Of a stretch of DNA of 64,000 bases, positions 61,963 to 64,000 are shown one piece after another (positions within the stretch are counted from its first letter, which is position 1; each line of letters opens with the position of its first letter). The notes beneath the pieces are model-generated. The model was given only the letters and a program-made list of their open reading frames with translations. It did not search any database and was not told where the DNA came from. A program made the translations under genes and the position numbers. Source of the stretch: the human T2T-CHM13v2.0 reference genome, Homo sapiens. The stretch lies in NCBI RefSeq assembly GCF_009914755.1, contig NC_060937.1; one strand, given 5' to 3'.

Positions 61963-62835
61963 CTATTATTTTTGGCCCTAACTTGATAAGTGAGGACAGC
62001 AGTGGCTGTTTCAATTCTAGGCCTTCATAGCTGCAAGAGCTGTAATGTTTTCTCTCTCACTGGCTTAAGCAGCAGTAACACCACCAAAGGGGCACTAACA
62101 GCCTATGTGAAAAGTGTTTTTCTTGCCAGGACTGGCTTTGTCCTTGAAAAGCAGTAACCCAGGCAAGCACTAAAATGCACTTGACTATTTTCTGGACTTG
62201 GCATGCATGTCAAGAAACAGCACACCAGCTGCAAATAGTTCTCATTTAGCCTTGCAGATAGAAAAAAGATTCTATAAAATTTCAGATTGCCACCTCTACT
62301 CCCTTCCAATAGAGGATGGTTTCCCATTCATTCTGCCATTGTAACACAGCATCCCTGACAGATGTCCATCAGCCTAGCCTCTGTTTGAATAGCCCCTGTG
62401 ATGGGCTCACTAGTTACCAATAATATTTGTTTCATTGCCAAGGATATTTGTTCCACAGGGATTCATTAGAGTATTTTTTTGTAGGTGTAACCAAAAGGGA
62501 TTTCTTTGTTATTTTTACCCCTGGCCTTTACTTTTGCCTTTAAAGTAAATGATATTAAGCCATGCTCCCTTTTTAGGCACGTGGCATTTTTCCTATATGA
62601 CATTCAGGTTTAAGGACCTCAGCTCCTGTCATGTCCACTTTGCCAATCAGTTCCATTCTTGTTGGTTAAAACTAAATCCAGAAGGGCAAAAATCTCTTTA
62701 GCTGCCTGTTTTTCAAATGTACCCCATATTACTTCACAATGACACAGATATGATTACTTTTGATCAGGCCCCAAGTTGTGTGTAGGTTTTGAATGTCCAC
62801 TTGCACACAGTTTACTTACTAAAAGGCATGGACAT

Positions 62836-63212
62836 TGGCAAAGTTTGGTTTTGTGTTCCTGCCCAAATCTCATGTTGAATTGTAATCCCCAGTGTTGGAG
62901 GAGAGGTCTGGTGAAAGAATACTGTATGTATCACAGGGGTGGTTTCTAATGGTTTAGCACCATTTCCCCCAGGTTGTTTAAAAGTGTGTAGCACCTACCT
63001 CTCCCACCCCACTCAGTCTGTTTCTCCTGCTGGCCATTGAAGATGTCCTTGCTTCCCCTTTGTCTTCCATTATGATTGTAAGTTTCCTGAGGCCTCCTTA
63101 GAAGCAGAAGCCTGCACAGCCCACAGAAACATGAGCTGATTAAACCTCTTTTCTTTATGAATTACCCAGTCTCAGGTAGCTCTTTATAGCAGTGTGAGAA
63201 CAGACTAATACA
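62836..63212 (+). mobile_element. MSTA-like MaLR solo LTR
   Basis: cccaaatctcatgttgaattgtaatcccc..attacccagtctcaggt..cagactaataca; 5-bp TSD gacat. Confidence 0.88.
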
Positions 63213-64000
63213 GACATCTTCAGCTTCAGCTGGAGTTATTCTTTCCAGGTGGGCACTTTCACACAGCTCATTAATTGACCCCAGTTGACCTTCTACAATT
63301 CCATCAGATTTTCTTATTTCTTGTTCACATCCTCCATGTGGACATTTAGGAATTAAACACCATACACACTTGCAGCATTGTTTCATGCTGCCCCTTCTAC
63401 TTGTCTGATAGATATGACTCTTTGAGACAAAGTGCACTTTCTAATTGGAGTCTTTTGGTGCTTGATTCTTTCATGTAATATCTTGGATATAACCATGAGA
63501 TTGTACTTTTTTGTGTTAAAATGTCCAGGTCACATTCTTATGCATGCCCCATGCAGTGGGACATCAATATTGGACCCATTTTTCCATTAGTGCACTTGGG
63601 AATTACTGGACCCCTTCTCTTCTGGGCCTTTGCATGAGGTCCCTCACTCTGTGTGTGAAGCCAGTGAATCTCCTACTAAATCCTCTTTCTAGGCACTGGG
63701 AACATATTTCTTCTCTTTCTAGGAACTCACCATTCTGGTATTATATGCTGTGCTCCATTAAATCAAAGGTTTTGTATTGACACTACCTTTATTCGCCACC
63801 AGACACCAAGTCATTTGTTCCCACTTCAATAATTGAGGGAAGTGACTGATGTATTTGCTGGGCCTTGGAAGGCTGGTCAGTGTTGTTCATCTTCATAAAG
63901 CGCTGATTGCAATTATTCCTGTTGTTCGAAAGCATTCTGTGCTTCCGTCTTTGCAAGGTTGAAGGGAAATTCTTAGGCCTGCCATTATAAACTAATGTAT

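Overview
Human (primate) genomic DNA, recognisable as the 13q22.3 CLN5-FBXL3 locus. It holds the complete CLN5 gene (+ strand, 4 coding exons that splice to 1224 nt = 407 codons + stop from Met1) and the complete FBXL3 gene (- strand, 4 coding exons that splice to 1287 nt = 428 codons + stop, plus an inferred non-coding exon 1 in a CpG island), arranged tail to tail. Upstream of CLN5 are a processed RPL7 pseudogene (-) and a full-length processed DHX9 pseudogene (+). The rest is mostly Alu, L1, MIR, LTR and DNA-transposon remnants, and nearly all short ORFs in the track are repeat-derived or antisense noise. I see no convincing new protein-coding system. The strongest unexplained structures are: (1) an ancient, heavily diverged paralogous copy of the CLN5 5' region (intron 1, probably with its CpG island) about 10 kb upstream, interrupted by later insertions; (2) a 262-bp DNA-level copy of the DHX9 pseudogene 1.4 kb upstream of CLN5, with a fold-back hairpin junction and a flanking duplication; (3) nested uORFs, including an AUG-UGA start-stop, in the inferred FBXL3 leader; (4) several small insertion scars (triple target-site duplication, a hairpin inside an Alu, a poly(A)-only insertion). 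Repeat subfamily names come from recalled consensus motifs and repeat boundaries are approximate. No alignments or searches were run.
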